DNA from: a virus
Taxonomy: Duplodnaviria; Caudoviricetes
IMG/VR virus record: IMGVR_UViG_3300027653_000044
Coordinates: 1-29,066 of that record
Length of the DNA stretch: 29,066 bases
Strand: one strand, 5' to 3'
Shown here in pieces: positions 8,447-16,220 of this stretch; position 1 is the first letter of the stretch; the number at the start of each line of letters is the position of its first letter. Below the pieces are notes generated by a model, which ran no database searches, was not told where the DNA came from, and was given only the letters and a program-made list of their open reading frames with translations. Made by a program: the position numbers and the translations under genes.

Positions 8447-8599
8447 CTAATTTTTTCCCTTCTGCCCCCAGTCCGACCATAACGCCCAAAGAAGAGCGAA
8501 AGCCCAGAGAAGCACTGGGGGCTCTTCACCCCATGCGGACATTAACCCCAGGCCCACACACAGACCCGCAAACGCGACGCCTTCTCCCAGCCCCCTCAT
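8447..8599 (-). CDS. 50-aa two-TM membrane protein (not in the ORF track)
   Basis: Read by hand: GGAGG RBS, MRGLGEGVAFAGLCVGLGLMSAWGEEPPVLLWAFALLWALWSDWGQKGKN*. Confidence 0.7.
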   Translation of the reverse strand: MRGLGEGVAFAGLCVGLGLMSAWGEEPPVLLWAFALLWALWSDWGQKGKN

Positions 8600-8664
8600 A
8601 ATCACAACCTCCCCAGATCAATCGGCCAGGAATTATTTCCGAGTTTATTAGTCATTTCATCACC

Positions 8665-8898
8665 TCACTTTTCTTTGAGAACTGCTGTTACATAATCATC
8701 CTGATCGCATTTTTTGCACGATGGGAATCGGCACCCGCACCTGTGCTGGCCGTGATAGTACGCTAACGCCTCTTCTAAAATTTCGATGCGGTTTTGCAGC
8801 TCAGGGCAGCGGCTCAGAATATCGACGGCGATTGCGAATAGCGCGACTGCGCCAGCGGCGAGGAAAATAAGCATTGCCCATTGGGTTGCGTCGGTCAT
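8665..8898 (-). CDS. Hypothetical membrane-anchored protein with Cys-rich tail
   Basis: N-terminal TM, short coiled coil, CGC..SCKKC; ATGA-coupled to the upstream gene. Confidence 0.65.
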   Translation of the reverse strand: MTDATQWAMLIFLAAGAVALFAIAVDILSRCPELQNRIEILEEALAYYHGQHRCGCRFPSCKKCDQDDYVTAVLKEK

Positions 8899-9260
8899 AG
8901 CTTGTCCCTCCCCATCTCAGCGGCGGCGCCGACGATGGCGCGGCGGGTGGCCACGGCCTTGCCCTGACTGTAGCTCTCTTGTGCGGCGGGCGTTCCGTAA
9001 TCAGGCGTGTAAGTCGCGACCTCTTCCAAGTCCCCCCAGAAAGATATGGTAATCCCCAATCGCACAGCCAGCCGTAGCGCGTCGCCGTCCTCTTCGAGTG
9101 GGTTCCAGGCTGTAGATACTCCCGGTATGCATAGTGATGCTACGGGCGGGTCCATCTCCATGCGGTCCGCGTTCCACTGGTGACTGGTGTCATATCCCGC
9201 CGCCTTAGCGGCCAGCTCCAATAATTCGCGGTCTGAGTTTTCGGGCTTATTGGTTGTCAT
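8895..9260 (-). CDS. Conserved phage hypothetical protein
   Basis: DRELLELAAKAAG...WNPL..DGDALRLAV.L...ATRRAIV.AAAE motif set recalled from proteobacterial phages; GGAGG RBS. Confidence 0.75.
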   Translation of the reverse strand: MTTNKPENSDRELLELAAKAAGYDTSHQWNADRMEMDPPVASLCIPGVSTAWNPLEEDGDALRLAVRLGITISFWGDLEEVATYTPDYGTPAAQESYSQGKAVATRRAIVGAAAEMGRDKL

Positions 9261-9520
9261 GCTTCACCTCCCGATCCGCAATCATCTTTGCTTGTAACGC
9301 GATGGCATCGGCCCCCTCGACATAATCCCCGCCCCAGAACTGAACATACGCCTGTCGATCATTGCCATGGCCGCAACAGGCATTCATAACCGGATCTGGC
9401 AGGGTGCCCAGACAACCATCGTGCCCCTCTGCCGTCGGCCCAAGGCCGCACTTAGCGCATATTCCCCACTGACCGCTCCCAGCCTCTTCCGCGGTGTAGC
9501 TTGGCTTATTGGTTGTCATG
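9244..9520. repeat. 18-bp direct repeat flanking one gene
   Basis: GGCTTATTGGTTGTCATG at 9244-9261 and 9503-9520. Confidence 0.95.
9247..9519 (-). CDS. Cys/His-rich hypothetical protein (90 aa)
   Basis: Start moved to ATG 9519; CAKC, HDGC and NACCGHG motifs. Confidence 0.7.
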   Translation of the reverse strand: MTTNKPSYTAEEAGSGQWGICAKCGLGPTAEGHDGCLGTLPDPVMNACCGHGNDRQAYVQFWGGDYVEGADAIALQAKMIADREVKHDNQ

Positions 9521-9712
9521 GCTGGGATCCTTGCTCTTGAAGATAGTCCGGCCTTGCCGCTTCGATTCTCGCAGCACTTTGCCGAGTGCAACAACATCAC
9601 CGAACCGCTTCCACGCATAGTTTATGGGTAGGTACACGATAAAAGCAGCAGCGGCCAAAGAGCTGGCCACGATGATGATGTAGCCGATGTAAAGCGCCAG
9701 ATGATTAATCAT
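9506..9712 (-). CDS. Small single-TM membrane protein
   Basis: Hydrophobic N-terminus, basic C-terminus; overlaps both neighbours. Confidence 0.65.
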   Translation of the reverse strand: MINHLALYIGYIIIVASSLAAAAFIVYLPINYAWKRFGDVVALGKVLRESKRQGRTIFKSKDPSHDNQ

Positions 9713-10082
9713 TTCTTCCCCCTCGCTTGCGGTAGGCGGCTAGGGCGTCTGTAGCGAGCTGGTGCGCCTCAGTTTCAGCGTGCATATCAGGTCCAGGCTC
9801 GCCGTTGCGCGGACTGAAAACCCTAGTCATCACCTCCAGCGCCTCCACCAGCTTCGCCTTCTCTGCGTCCATCTCCACCAGCGTTTTAGTGAGCCCGAGA
9901 TTGATGGCTTCCAGCTCTTCTGCGTGTCCTTTCAAATGTTCAACGCTCGGAAGTCCCGTTGCGCCGCTGGCGATGCGACTGATCTCTCGCCAGAATTCAT
10001 CGGCGGTGTAGTCGCTCAGGTCGCGCAGTACCAGTTCTAACTTTCGACGGGCGTAGTTTCTACCAAATTTAGGCTTGCTCAT
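9705..10082 (-). CDS. Hypothetical protein (125 aa)
   Basis: Start moved to ATG 10082 (GGAGG RBS); coiled coil. Confidence 0.65.
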   Translation of the reverse strand: MSKPKFGRNYARRKLELVLRDLSDYTADEFWREISRIASGATGLPSVEHLKGHAEELEAINLGLTKTLVEMDAEKAKLVEALEVMTRVFSPRNGEPGPDMHAETEAHQLATDALAAYRKRGGRND

Positions 10083-10377
10083 TCTCGCCTCCTTGGGTCT
10101 GCTGGCGATCAACAATAGACCGTGCTCGTGCAATAACGTCGGTGTATTTGCAGTCAGGACGATGCGGGCCGTTGTCGATATATTCACCACATTCCGGGCA
10201 TTCAGTGTAAAAATCAGCGATCAACAACCCGTCTGCAAAGGAGTCTCGGTCCCGCTCTGCTCCTTCGAGCTGCTGGCGCAGGCGATCACGATCTTCGATC
10301 AAGCAGATTAGGCAAACTGGCTCCTCTGTTCTTACGTCACAATGGATCTCGCAGTCGGTGCCTGGATAATGGATCAT
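10069..10377 (-). CDS. Hypothetical Zn-binding protein (102 aa)
   Basis: ATGA overlap at 10377; C.IH, CLIC and CPEC...H..DC motifs. Confidence 0.65.
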   Translation of the reverse strand: MIHYPGTDCEIHCDVRTEEPVCLICLIEDRDRLRQQLEGAERDRDSFADGLLIADFYTECPECGEYIDNGPHRPDCKYTDVIARARSIVDRQQTQGGENEQA

Positions 10378-11312
10378 CGCTCTGCTTCCTCCTGCTGGGC
10401 GCAGCCGCATGATGGCCCCTTGAAGTCGTCGCAAGAGGTACCGCCGCATCCTTGGCACTGCACGTCGTCCTCGCAGATGCAGGTCACGCAGCCGCAGGGG
10501 TAATGCTGTTGAACTACTGGCTCTTCCTCCTCCTGCTTGCTGAAAGCATCAACAACCGCTTGGATAAAATCGGACTCGCAGCTGTAACTCTCGCGCCATA
10601 ATGTTTGAGCGGCTTTCTCTAGCTCTGACACGTCCGGCGCAACCATTTTGCGCACGTCCGCAATATGGTCAGGAGCGGGGGAGGCGGTGAGCAGATCATC
10701 TGCTAGGTAATACAGGGTGGATTCGGCAATCCCTCCGCTCTTCTCCGAAGCAACAAATCCTGCAACGTGGCTCTTTTGCACGATAATGTCCCCGCCCTCT
10801 GTGCGGGAAATATGCCACCCCTCCGGCACCGCTGCGGGGGTGGGCGGGGCGTTGAGTAGCTTTTCCAGGGCTTCTATAGTGTTGCGTATTTGCGTTGCGC
10901 CGCAACTGTGGCCGGGACCCTCACATCCGCACAGGCCCATGCTCAGCCAGTCGTTAAGATGCTTGACGGCATCCGCAACTGGTTTTGTGTGTTCCCCCTG
11001 CTCCGGCATATTCGCGAGGACAGGCGGGTGACGGTACAACGGTACAATCTCGTACTCGTCAGAGTCTCCCCGTCCATCCAAGTCACTTATTCCGGTTTCC
11101 GCATCCGGGAATAGACAATTCTCATCCCAGTCAACTTCGCCACCCAACATCCGAGCAAACGCTACAGGCTCCCCCTTCGCCTGCTGGGATTGCCACTGGG
11201 CGCCAGCCTCAAACGCTTTATACACATCGTTAATATCTATTGGCGTGAACTCCTTTGTGATGCTGCGCCTTACCCACTCTTCGGTTGCATCGTGAACAGA
11301 TTTATCAGTCAT
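10374..11312 (-). CDS. Modular Eaa/DUF551-like accessory protein
   Basis: Linker motifs GEPVA, IVPLYRHP, AVPEGW and HIADVRKMV typical of these mosaic proteins; Cys-rich C-terminus; AGGAG RBS. Confidence 0.6.
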   Translation of the reverse strand: MTDKSVHDATEEWVRRSITKEFTPIDINDVYKAFEAGAQWQSQQAKGEPVAFARMLGGEVDWDENCLFPDAETGISDLDGRGDSDEYEIVPLYRHPPVLANMPEQGEHTKPVADAVKHLNDWLSMGLCGCEGPGHSCGATQIRNTIEALEKLLNAPPTPAAVPEGWHISRTEGGDIIVQKSHVAGFVASEKSGGIAESTLYYLADDLLTASPAPDHIADVRKMVAPDVSELEKAAQTLWRESYSCESDFIQAVVDAFSKQEEEEPVVQQHYPCGCVTCICEDDVQCQGCGGTSCDDFKGPSCGCAQQEEAER

Positions 11313-11324
11313 TGGTTGCTCCTA

Positions 11325-11549
11325 TTAGCAGTGGCAGTTGCCAGAAATTGCGGGGTTGCCTACTGGTTTTCCACATAAACCACACTTGCCTTGGCTCCTA
11401 AGCTGTCTGGCTGCTAACACCGCAGGTGATGGTTTGTGGTATTGAATTTCTTCGCCGCATCTGTCGCAGTGACTTTCCAACGAGGCAACATTGCAGCAGC
11501 TGCTAAAGGGGGTTGAGTTGAACTCGTTTGCGCAGAATGTATAAGCCAT
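11325..11549 (-). CDS. Small Cys-rich protein
   Basis: SCC, CDRC, CGLC and CHC motifs; 1-nt stop/start overlap; GGAGG RBS. Confidence 0.65.
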   Translation of the reverse strand: MAYTFCANEFNSTPFSSCCNVASLESHCDRCGEEIQYHKPSPAVLAARQLRSQGKCGLCGKPVGNPAISGNCHC

Positions 11550-11800
11550 TACTTCCCTCCTCCCGACGTTTTTTCACCTCGGTTATTTAAATTGATTGTG
11601 GGCGTCGGGCCGACGAAGCGGCACTCGTGGGGCAAGAGGTATTTGCAACGCGCATAATTACCGCCTAGAGCCAAATAGGAGTTGCCACAGATGTCTACGT
11701 GATGGCATTTTGCAAGCACGGAGGGTTCTTTATAAACCGCATCTACCACCTCTCCGTTCGCCAGTCTCACACGCACCGGGTCGCCTTTTTTAACGCTCAT
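11549..11800 (-). CDS. Hypothetical protein
   Basis: ATGA-coupled; SH3/KOW-like start VKKGDPVRV. Confidence 0.6.
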   Translation of the reverse strand: MSVKKGDPVRVRLANGEVVDAVYKEPSVLAKCHHVDICGNSYLALGGNYARCKYLLPHECRFVGPTPTINLNNRGEKTSGGGK

Positions 11801-12024
11801 AGTCGAAACCTCCGGGCCCGCGCCTCGTCCTCAGATACACACTCAACGCACCGGCTATACCCACCAAGGCGCCGCTCATCGGGTATCGGCTCGCCGCACT
11901 CCTGGCACTTGGCCGCGCCGATTCTGCCGCGGGGAACAGCGCTGGAAATTTCTTTTATGCGCGCCTCGGTTTGCTCTTCCAGAAACTCGCTGGCGCTCTC
12001 TATTAAATGTTCGTCGGCCATCAT
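11797..12024 (-). CDS. TraR/DksA C4-type zinc finger protein
   Basis: CQECGEPIPDERR...CVEC signature, 75 aa. Confidence 0.85.
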   Translation of the reverse strand: MMADEHLIESASEFLEEQTEARIKEISSAVPRGRIGAAKCQECGEPIPDERRLGGYSRCVECVSEDEARARRFRL

Positions 12025-12308
12025 TTATCCCCCATCCGTTTTTGTTGTCTCATTTGTAGCGCCCGCAATTTTGTTAAGTACGCCTTGCTTCGCTTGGCCC
12101 CGTTAGTCATGTTCGTGGGCAAAAACCATTCATCCCATCCTTGACGCTTGCACATCCTAAAAAAAGTTGCGGGGCACTTGTAGCCGATGATCCTTGCGGC
12201 TTCGCTCCGGCTGTACCCCTCGTGGGCCAGGTCCCACACGATTTTGTGAAACGATTTGCCGAATTTTTTCACGGCGCGCTCTTGAACTATCGGTCCCGGC
12301 ATTTTCAC
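12021..12308 (-). CDS. Basic putative DNA-binding protein
   Basis: HTH-like GYSRSEAARIIGY; very Lys/Arg-rich. Confidence 0.55.
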   Translation of the reverse strand: MKMPGPIVQERAVKKFGKSFHKIVWDLAHEGYSRSEAARIIGYKCPATFFRMCKRQGWDEWFLPTNMTNGAKRSKAYLTKLRALQMRQQKRMGDK

Positions 12309-12631
12309 CGCCCCCAGCTGTCGGTTGCGCCGGCTGCCTCCAAGTCATCCGCCAGACACTCAGCCTTGGCGCGAACTAGCTTTGCCATGGCCGTCTCAGG
12401 GTGATTGTGCAGAACTGCGAATAGCGCGTCGATGAAGCCATCATCCTCAAATACCAGCACCGAGAGGTCGTCCCAGTCGTACCCATGAGTAGTGGCATCG
12501 ACTCTGTTCAAGAGCTGTCGTTGAAACTCCAACTTTCGGATTTCTTGTACCGCTATTTCTTCCGGCGTGCTCTCTGCACACAGGGCGTCGTATGCGTCTT
12601 GGGCGCCTATTACCATGCTGTTTTCGATCAT
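12305..12631 (-). CDS. Acidic hypothetical protein
   Basis: ATGA-coupled, GAGG RBS. Confidence 0.65.
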   Translation of the reverse strand: MIENSMVIGAQDAYDALCAESTPEEIAVQEIRKLEFQRQLLNRVDATTHGYDWDDLSVLVFEDDGFIDALFAVLHNHPETAMAKLVRAKAECLADDLEAAGATDSWGR

Positions 12632-12927
12632 TGTGATTCACCTCTGGCTTTGGCTAGGGCGGCGTCAATTCGTCCCCGCTGATCAACGTGCCCGGTATAT
12701 CCCTCGTCAATAAGCGCTTGGATAGTCCCCCTAGCTTCCTCTAGCGAGGCATACATATCCGGCGCTGCGGCAATGAGTTGTGCGTTGGCCTCCGTCTCCG
12801 AATCTGGCCTCCCGACTGTCCCGCAGGCAGACACGATGTCATGGCCAACAGCACCGCCCGAGTTCGATGACACAAAAAAACCGTCTGCCACCCAAGGGCC
12901 CTTCGTCCACTTAGTTTCCCCGCTCAT
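12628..12927 (-). CDS. Conserved phage hypothetical protein (T.GPW...ANA.LIAAAP family)
   Basis: WTKGPW, EANAQLIAAAPDM and AALAKARG motifs. Confidence 0.75.
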   Translation of the reverse strand: MSGETKWTKGPWVADGFFVSSNSGGAVGHDIVSACGTVGRPDSETEANAQLIAAAPDMYASLEEARGTIQALIDEGYTGHVDQRGRIDAALAKARGESQ

Positions 12928-13112
12928 CTCGCGCCCTCCCTATCCAATTTATCCAGCCCCTTACGAATCTTCTCCAGCGTCTGCAATTGCGGATTCTTCT
13001 GACGCCCGCACTGTATCGCACGCACAGTATGCCCGTGCACTCCCGAGGCGCGGGCTATGGCCTCTCCGCTATATTTGCTCATGTCGAGCCTTAACTGCTG
13101 TAGTGGTGTCAT
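12924..13112 (-). CDS. Small HTH (Cro/XRE-like) regulator
   Basis: IARASGVHGHTVRAI...NPQLQTLEKI; GGAGG RBS. Confidence 0.8.
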   Translation of the reverse strand: MTPLQQLRLDMSKYSGEAIARASGVHGHTVRAIQCGRQKNPQLQTLEKIRKGLDKLDREGAR

Positions 13113-13156
13113 TGGTGTTCACTGCCTCCTGATTTTTCACGTTTTAACCTGGCAGA

Positions 13157-13363
13157 CTAAGCTGCCAGGAATTTTTCAAGATGTTCCACTTCGTCCCGAA
13201 GGTATTGCTCCTCGCATCCCTTAGCAAATTGTTTTAGTTCGTTTGCCATATCCATGGCGGCATAATTTGACGCAATGGCCGCTTGATGATCACCAAAGCC
13301 TTTTTTGACATAGAGAGCAAACCTGACCTCTGTATATCGTTTCATCAGATCTTTCATTGTCAC
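13157..13363 (-). CDS. Orphan small protein directly behind an internal promoter
   Basis: 66-68 aa ORF (GTG 13363 or ATG 13357); first gene after the promoter at 13395-13423. Confidence 0.7.
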   Translation of the reverse strand: MTMKDLMKRYTEVRFALYVKKGFGDHQAAIASNYAAMDMANELKQFAKGCEEQYLRDEVEHLEKFLAA

Positions 13364-13389
13364 ACCCCGTCACTTGTCCCATGAATTCA

Positions 13390-13426
13390 ATTACATTGTA
13401 GGGGTTTTATACTCTGGAGTCTAATA
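13390..13426 (-). promoter_or_regulatory. Sigma70-type promoter, copy 1 of a 37-bp conserved element
   Basis: TAGACT-N17-TACAAT; 31/37 identical to 23352-23388. Confidence 0.75.
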
Positions 13427-13478
13427 CTTTATAGTTATAGTTTTATGGTGGGTTATAACCATTCATCCTCCCCATCGA

Positions 13479-14048
13479 TCATTGGTTGTCGAGGTCCGTG
13501 GGTCGTGCGGCGGCAAACAAGCACTCTCGGGCTCTATCCGGCACCGCTGAGGACTTGGCAGAGGTGGCTAATGATCTTGCCCATTCGACAATCTCAGTAA
13601 TTAACACCGCGTTGATGTCCCCACATACATAACCTGGACTCCTGTCTCCGGCTTCAAAGTCTCGACGCCATTGCCGATAATAAGATTTATCCAAGACCGA
13701 TAAAGCGTTCTTTACACTGTCCGGCACCGCTGAGGGGGCTGGCGGGCGATCAAAAACCGGCAATAGCTCCCAATTCCCTGATTCAGAGCGAGCTGCGTGT
13801 TTCTTGCTCCCCGGCTCGAGCGGCCTGTGGTCGTGCCAATCCGTATTCATTTCTGGATGATCGGCGTAGACCTCTCTGCACAAGACAGCTACTGCCTCCC
13901 CCTGCGCCTGGTGGGGTTGCCACTCAAGCGCGGCCGACACGGCGGCATCAACCTTACTGCGCCCAAGATCTCGACTTGTGGGCGCTTCGCAAAACGCTTT
14001 CCAGGCTAGATCTTTGGCCTCTCGCATATCGTTGTTATCACTCACCAT
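13479..14048 (-). CDS. Modular Eaa-like accessory protein
   Basis: GEAVA, LLPVFDRP and two SAVPD linkers; AGGAG RBS. Confidence 0.6.
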   Translation of the reverse strand: MVSDNNDMREAKDLAWKAFCEAPTSRDLGRSKVDAAVSAALEWQPHQAQGEAVAVLCREVYADHPEMNTDWHDHRPLEPGSKKHAARSESGNWELLPVFDRPPAPSAVPDSVKNALSVLDKSYYRQWRRDFEAGDRSPGYVCGDINAVLITEIVEWARSLATSAKSSAVPDRARECLFAAARPTDLDNQ

Positions 14049-14063
14049 CTTCTCCTATATGTT

Positions 14064-14390
14064 TTAGCCATTCGGCTCTTTTTGCACTAACCCCAAAACC
14101 TCCTCCACCGTAACCTCACGCCCAACACTCCGCATATACTCCACGGCGTAATGAGCGGCCCGCTCCCGCACGTCCTGCCGACTGCGCCGCAGCGCTTTGA
14201 TGTACCTGAGGAGCGCCCGGCGCCGCTCGTCGGCCTCTTGGTTCAACCGGTCGTTGATCGACTCCAGCCGGGCGCACTGCTCGCGCAGGTGCGCGATCTC
14301 GGCTTGCATGGCCCGCTCTACGCTGTGGCGGAAAGACCGCGCTGAGCCGTGGTCGATGGTGTAAGTTGGGGTGTGGCGTTTGGTTCTCAT
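14064..14390 (-). CDS. Coiled-coil hypothetical protein (108 aa)
   Basis: Start moved to ATG 14390 (AGGT RBS). Confidence 0.6.
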   Translation of the reverse strand: MRTKRHTPTYTIDHGSARSFRHSVERAMQAEIAHLREQCARLESINDRLNQEADERRRALLRYIKALRRSRQDVRERAAHYAVEYMRSVGREVTVEEVLGLVQKEPNG

Positions 14391-14398
14391 GGGGTCAC

Positions 14399-14662
14399 CT
14401 ATTTTACGCAGGCCCAAGCCAGGCGCTTGCGAATCCTGTAAATCATGTTCGGGTGTACGCCGTACAGTTCGGCTTGTTGCTTATCTGTCAGTCCGTGCCG
14501 GTTCTTGCGTATTGCGCGCACCTTCTCATCGGTCAATTTCTTAGCTAACCGCTCGCCTCGGGGCGCAAACTCGTGCGCCCGTTGGATATACTCGTCTCGA
14601 GGAATGCATCGGTACCCTGGTTGCCGGTTGGCTCGGCGGAATTGGGCGCTGTCTGGGTTCAT
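14399..14662 (-). CDS. HTH domain protein
   Basis: KLTDEKVRAIR...AELYGVHPNMIYRIR; ATGA overlap at 14662. Confidence 0.7.
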   Translation of the reverse strand: MNPDSAQFRRANRQPGYRCIPRDEYIQRAHEFAPRGERLAKKLTDEKVRAIRKNRHGLTDKQQAELYGVHPNMIYRIRKRLAWACVK

Positions 14663-15084
14663 GGCTCTAGCCATTTAACTGGGTGGTCGGGCAGGATCAC
14701 GCCATCCCAGCGGACAAACCGAACATCGTTTCGGACATACGTCTCTTCGTCAGACTCACCTGACCCGTCACATTCTTCGCACTCATACTGGTGAGTCCAA
14801 TGAAAGAAGTATCCGTCTCCGTCGCATTCAGGGCACTCCTTGTGCCCGTCACACTCAGCCAGCCAAAATTCCCCCACAAGAGAATTCACCCATTCGTGCA
14901 GAACCCATTTCCCATCAATTCCTGGGGGGTGGGCATCGTTAAGTGCCTCAATGCAATGACTCTCTGCCGTCGGCTCAGGGATGATCCGGCGCTTCACAGA
15001 AAGCGGTAGGCGCGCAATTATTTTTGCATCCATAGGTATGTCGGGGCCGCATTGGCCGTGTTTTATTAACCCAGCCCATTCCAT
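14659..15084 (-). CDS. Protein with DnaJ-type zinc-finger repeats
   Basis: CPECDGDG and CEECDGSG; start moved to ATG 15084 (GGAG RBS). Confidence 0.65.
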   Translation of the reverse strand: MEWAGLIKHGQCGPDIPMDAKIIARLPLSVKRRIIPEPTAESHCIEALNDAHPPGIDGKWVLHEWVNSLVGEFWLAECDGHKECPECDGDGYFFHWTHQYECEECDGSGESDEETYVRNDVRFVRWDGVILPDHPVKWLEP

Positions 15085-15230
15085 AATATTTTCTCCGTTT
15101 GATGCTAAAACCCAACAATACACGCCAAACCCCCAACAATGAAATATCATTTTGTTATAGGTTTTGGGGTTGTTATTCTTTTTGATTCTCCTGATTATCC
15201 CCCACCAGTGCGGCGGGGGTAGGTCAAATA

Positions 15231-15656
15231 TCAATTCGTCCCCGTAGACCCAAAACCATCGGCCCCACGAACGCTATCATCCAACTGGCTAACAGTGATA
15301 ACCGGGCACAACATGCAGGGCACAACAACCATCTGAGCGATTCTATCGCCCTGATTGATTATGAAAGGCTCTGCACCCTCGTTGACCAGAACAACCTTCA
15401 CCTCCCCCCGGTATGACGAATCAATGACTCCCGCTCTAACGTCGATGCGGTGTTTTGAGGCTAGGCCGGAGCGAGGCCGAATAAGCCCAACCCATCCGAG
15501 GGGAACCTGCCATGCATAGCCGGTAGGGATTGCGAGCTGTTGGCCTGGCAATATCTCCCAGCCGAACGCAGATCGCAGGTCATAACCTGCATCTCCCGGC
15601 TTTGATTGCGCTGGCGGGAGTATGTCTTGGTCGGTTACTTTTTTAACTTTTATCAT
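15231..15656 (-). CDS. dut: Trimeric dUTPase
   Basis: All five motifs present: AGYDL, RPRSGLA, GVIDSSYRGE, GDRIAQ, RGADGFGSTG; ATGA-coupled start at 15656. Confidence 0.95.
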   Translation of the reverse strand: MIKVKKVTDQDILPPAQSKPGDAGYDLRSAFGWEILPGQQLAIPTGYAWQVPLGWVGLIRPRSGLASKHRIDVRAGVIDSSYRGEVKVVLVNEGAEPFIINQGDRIAQMVVVPCMLCPVITVSQLDDSVRGADGFGSTGTN

Positions 15657-15817
15657 CGTCTTTCCTCTTTTGTTGTGCGCCACCAGAGACGCAAGTAGTG
15701 TTTAACCCATTCCCGGTATTTCTCTGGCACCGCATCCAATGCTTTTCGCCGGCCTTCAAGCGTGGGCACGGCTAGTATTTCAGCGGCGTATTGTCTTGGG
15801 CGTTTTTCGTTATTCAC
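15653..15817 (-). CDS. 54-aa hypothetical protein (not in the ORF track)
   Basis: Read by hand: MNNEKRPRQYAAEILAVPTLEGRRKALDAVPEKYREWVKHYLRLWWRTTKEERR*; fills the gap and overlaps both neighbours. Confidence 0.7.
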   Translation of the reverse strand: MNNEKRPRQYAAEILAVPTLEGRRKALDAVPEKYREWVKHYLRLWWRTTKEERR

Positions 15818-16220
15818 CTAGCCAAGACTCCACGGCCTGCATAGCGGCTTCCCACCCCAAAGCTACACACACAAACGCCCCGCACTTTTGGGCTGCCTTC
15901 AAGTACGGTAGCTGCCCTGGCTCCCACTTGCACTGCGTGCGGTCCCGTCTTTTCAGCTCGCACACAAAAGTGGGACAGCCCGGTATCACGATATCCGAAG
16001 CCCCGTCCGCCATGCCTTTTGCCTTGTCCATGTTGAGTTGCTGGAATTGTGCCCCGCGCCTCTTTCCTTCGTTCTTTGGGTGTAGCGCTATAACCCCAAG
16101 CGTGTCCGGATATCGCTTGCGCAATTCAGTAAAAAAAGTCAACTGCTCGGCCCCTTCTTTTGGGCATGGGCCGCGCCAGCCTGGGTCCCCGTAGCAGGGC
16201 AACCATTCAGGTATCTTCAT
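15810..16220 (-). CDS. VRR-NUC domain nuclease
   Basis: H.KNEG, GM..GASDI, FVCELK and Q..YL motifs; follows the helicase as in T1-like phages. Confidence 0.85.
   Translation of the reverse strand: MKIPEWLPCYGDPGWRGPCPKEGAEQLTFFTELRKRYPDTLGVIALHPKNEGKRRGAQFQQLNMDKAKGMADGASDIVIPGCPTFVCELKRRDRTQCKWEPGQLPYLKAAQKCGAFVCVALGWEAAMQAVESWLGE

Noticed and set aside
8299-8529. 76-aa minus-strand ORF in the track
   Set aside because: Overlaps the better 50-aa TM gene and reads through the hairpin and terminator; composition is not protein-like.
15085-15234. N-terminal 50 aa of the listed 191-aa ORF
   Set aside because: Runs through a hairpin and promoter-like AT-rich DNA; a good RBS precedes ATG 15084.
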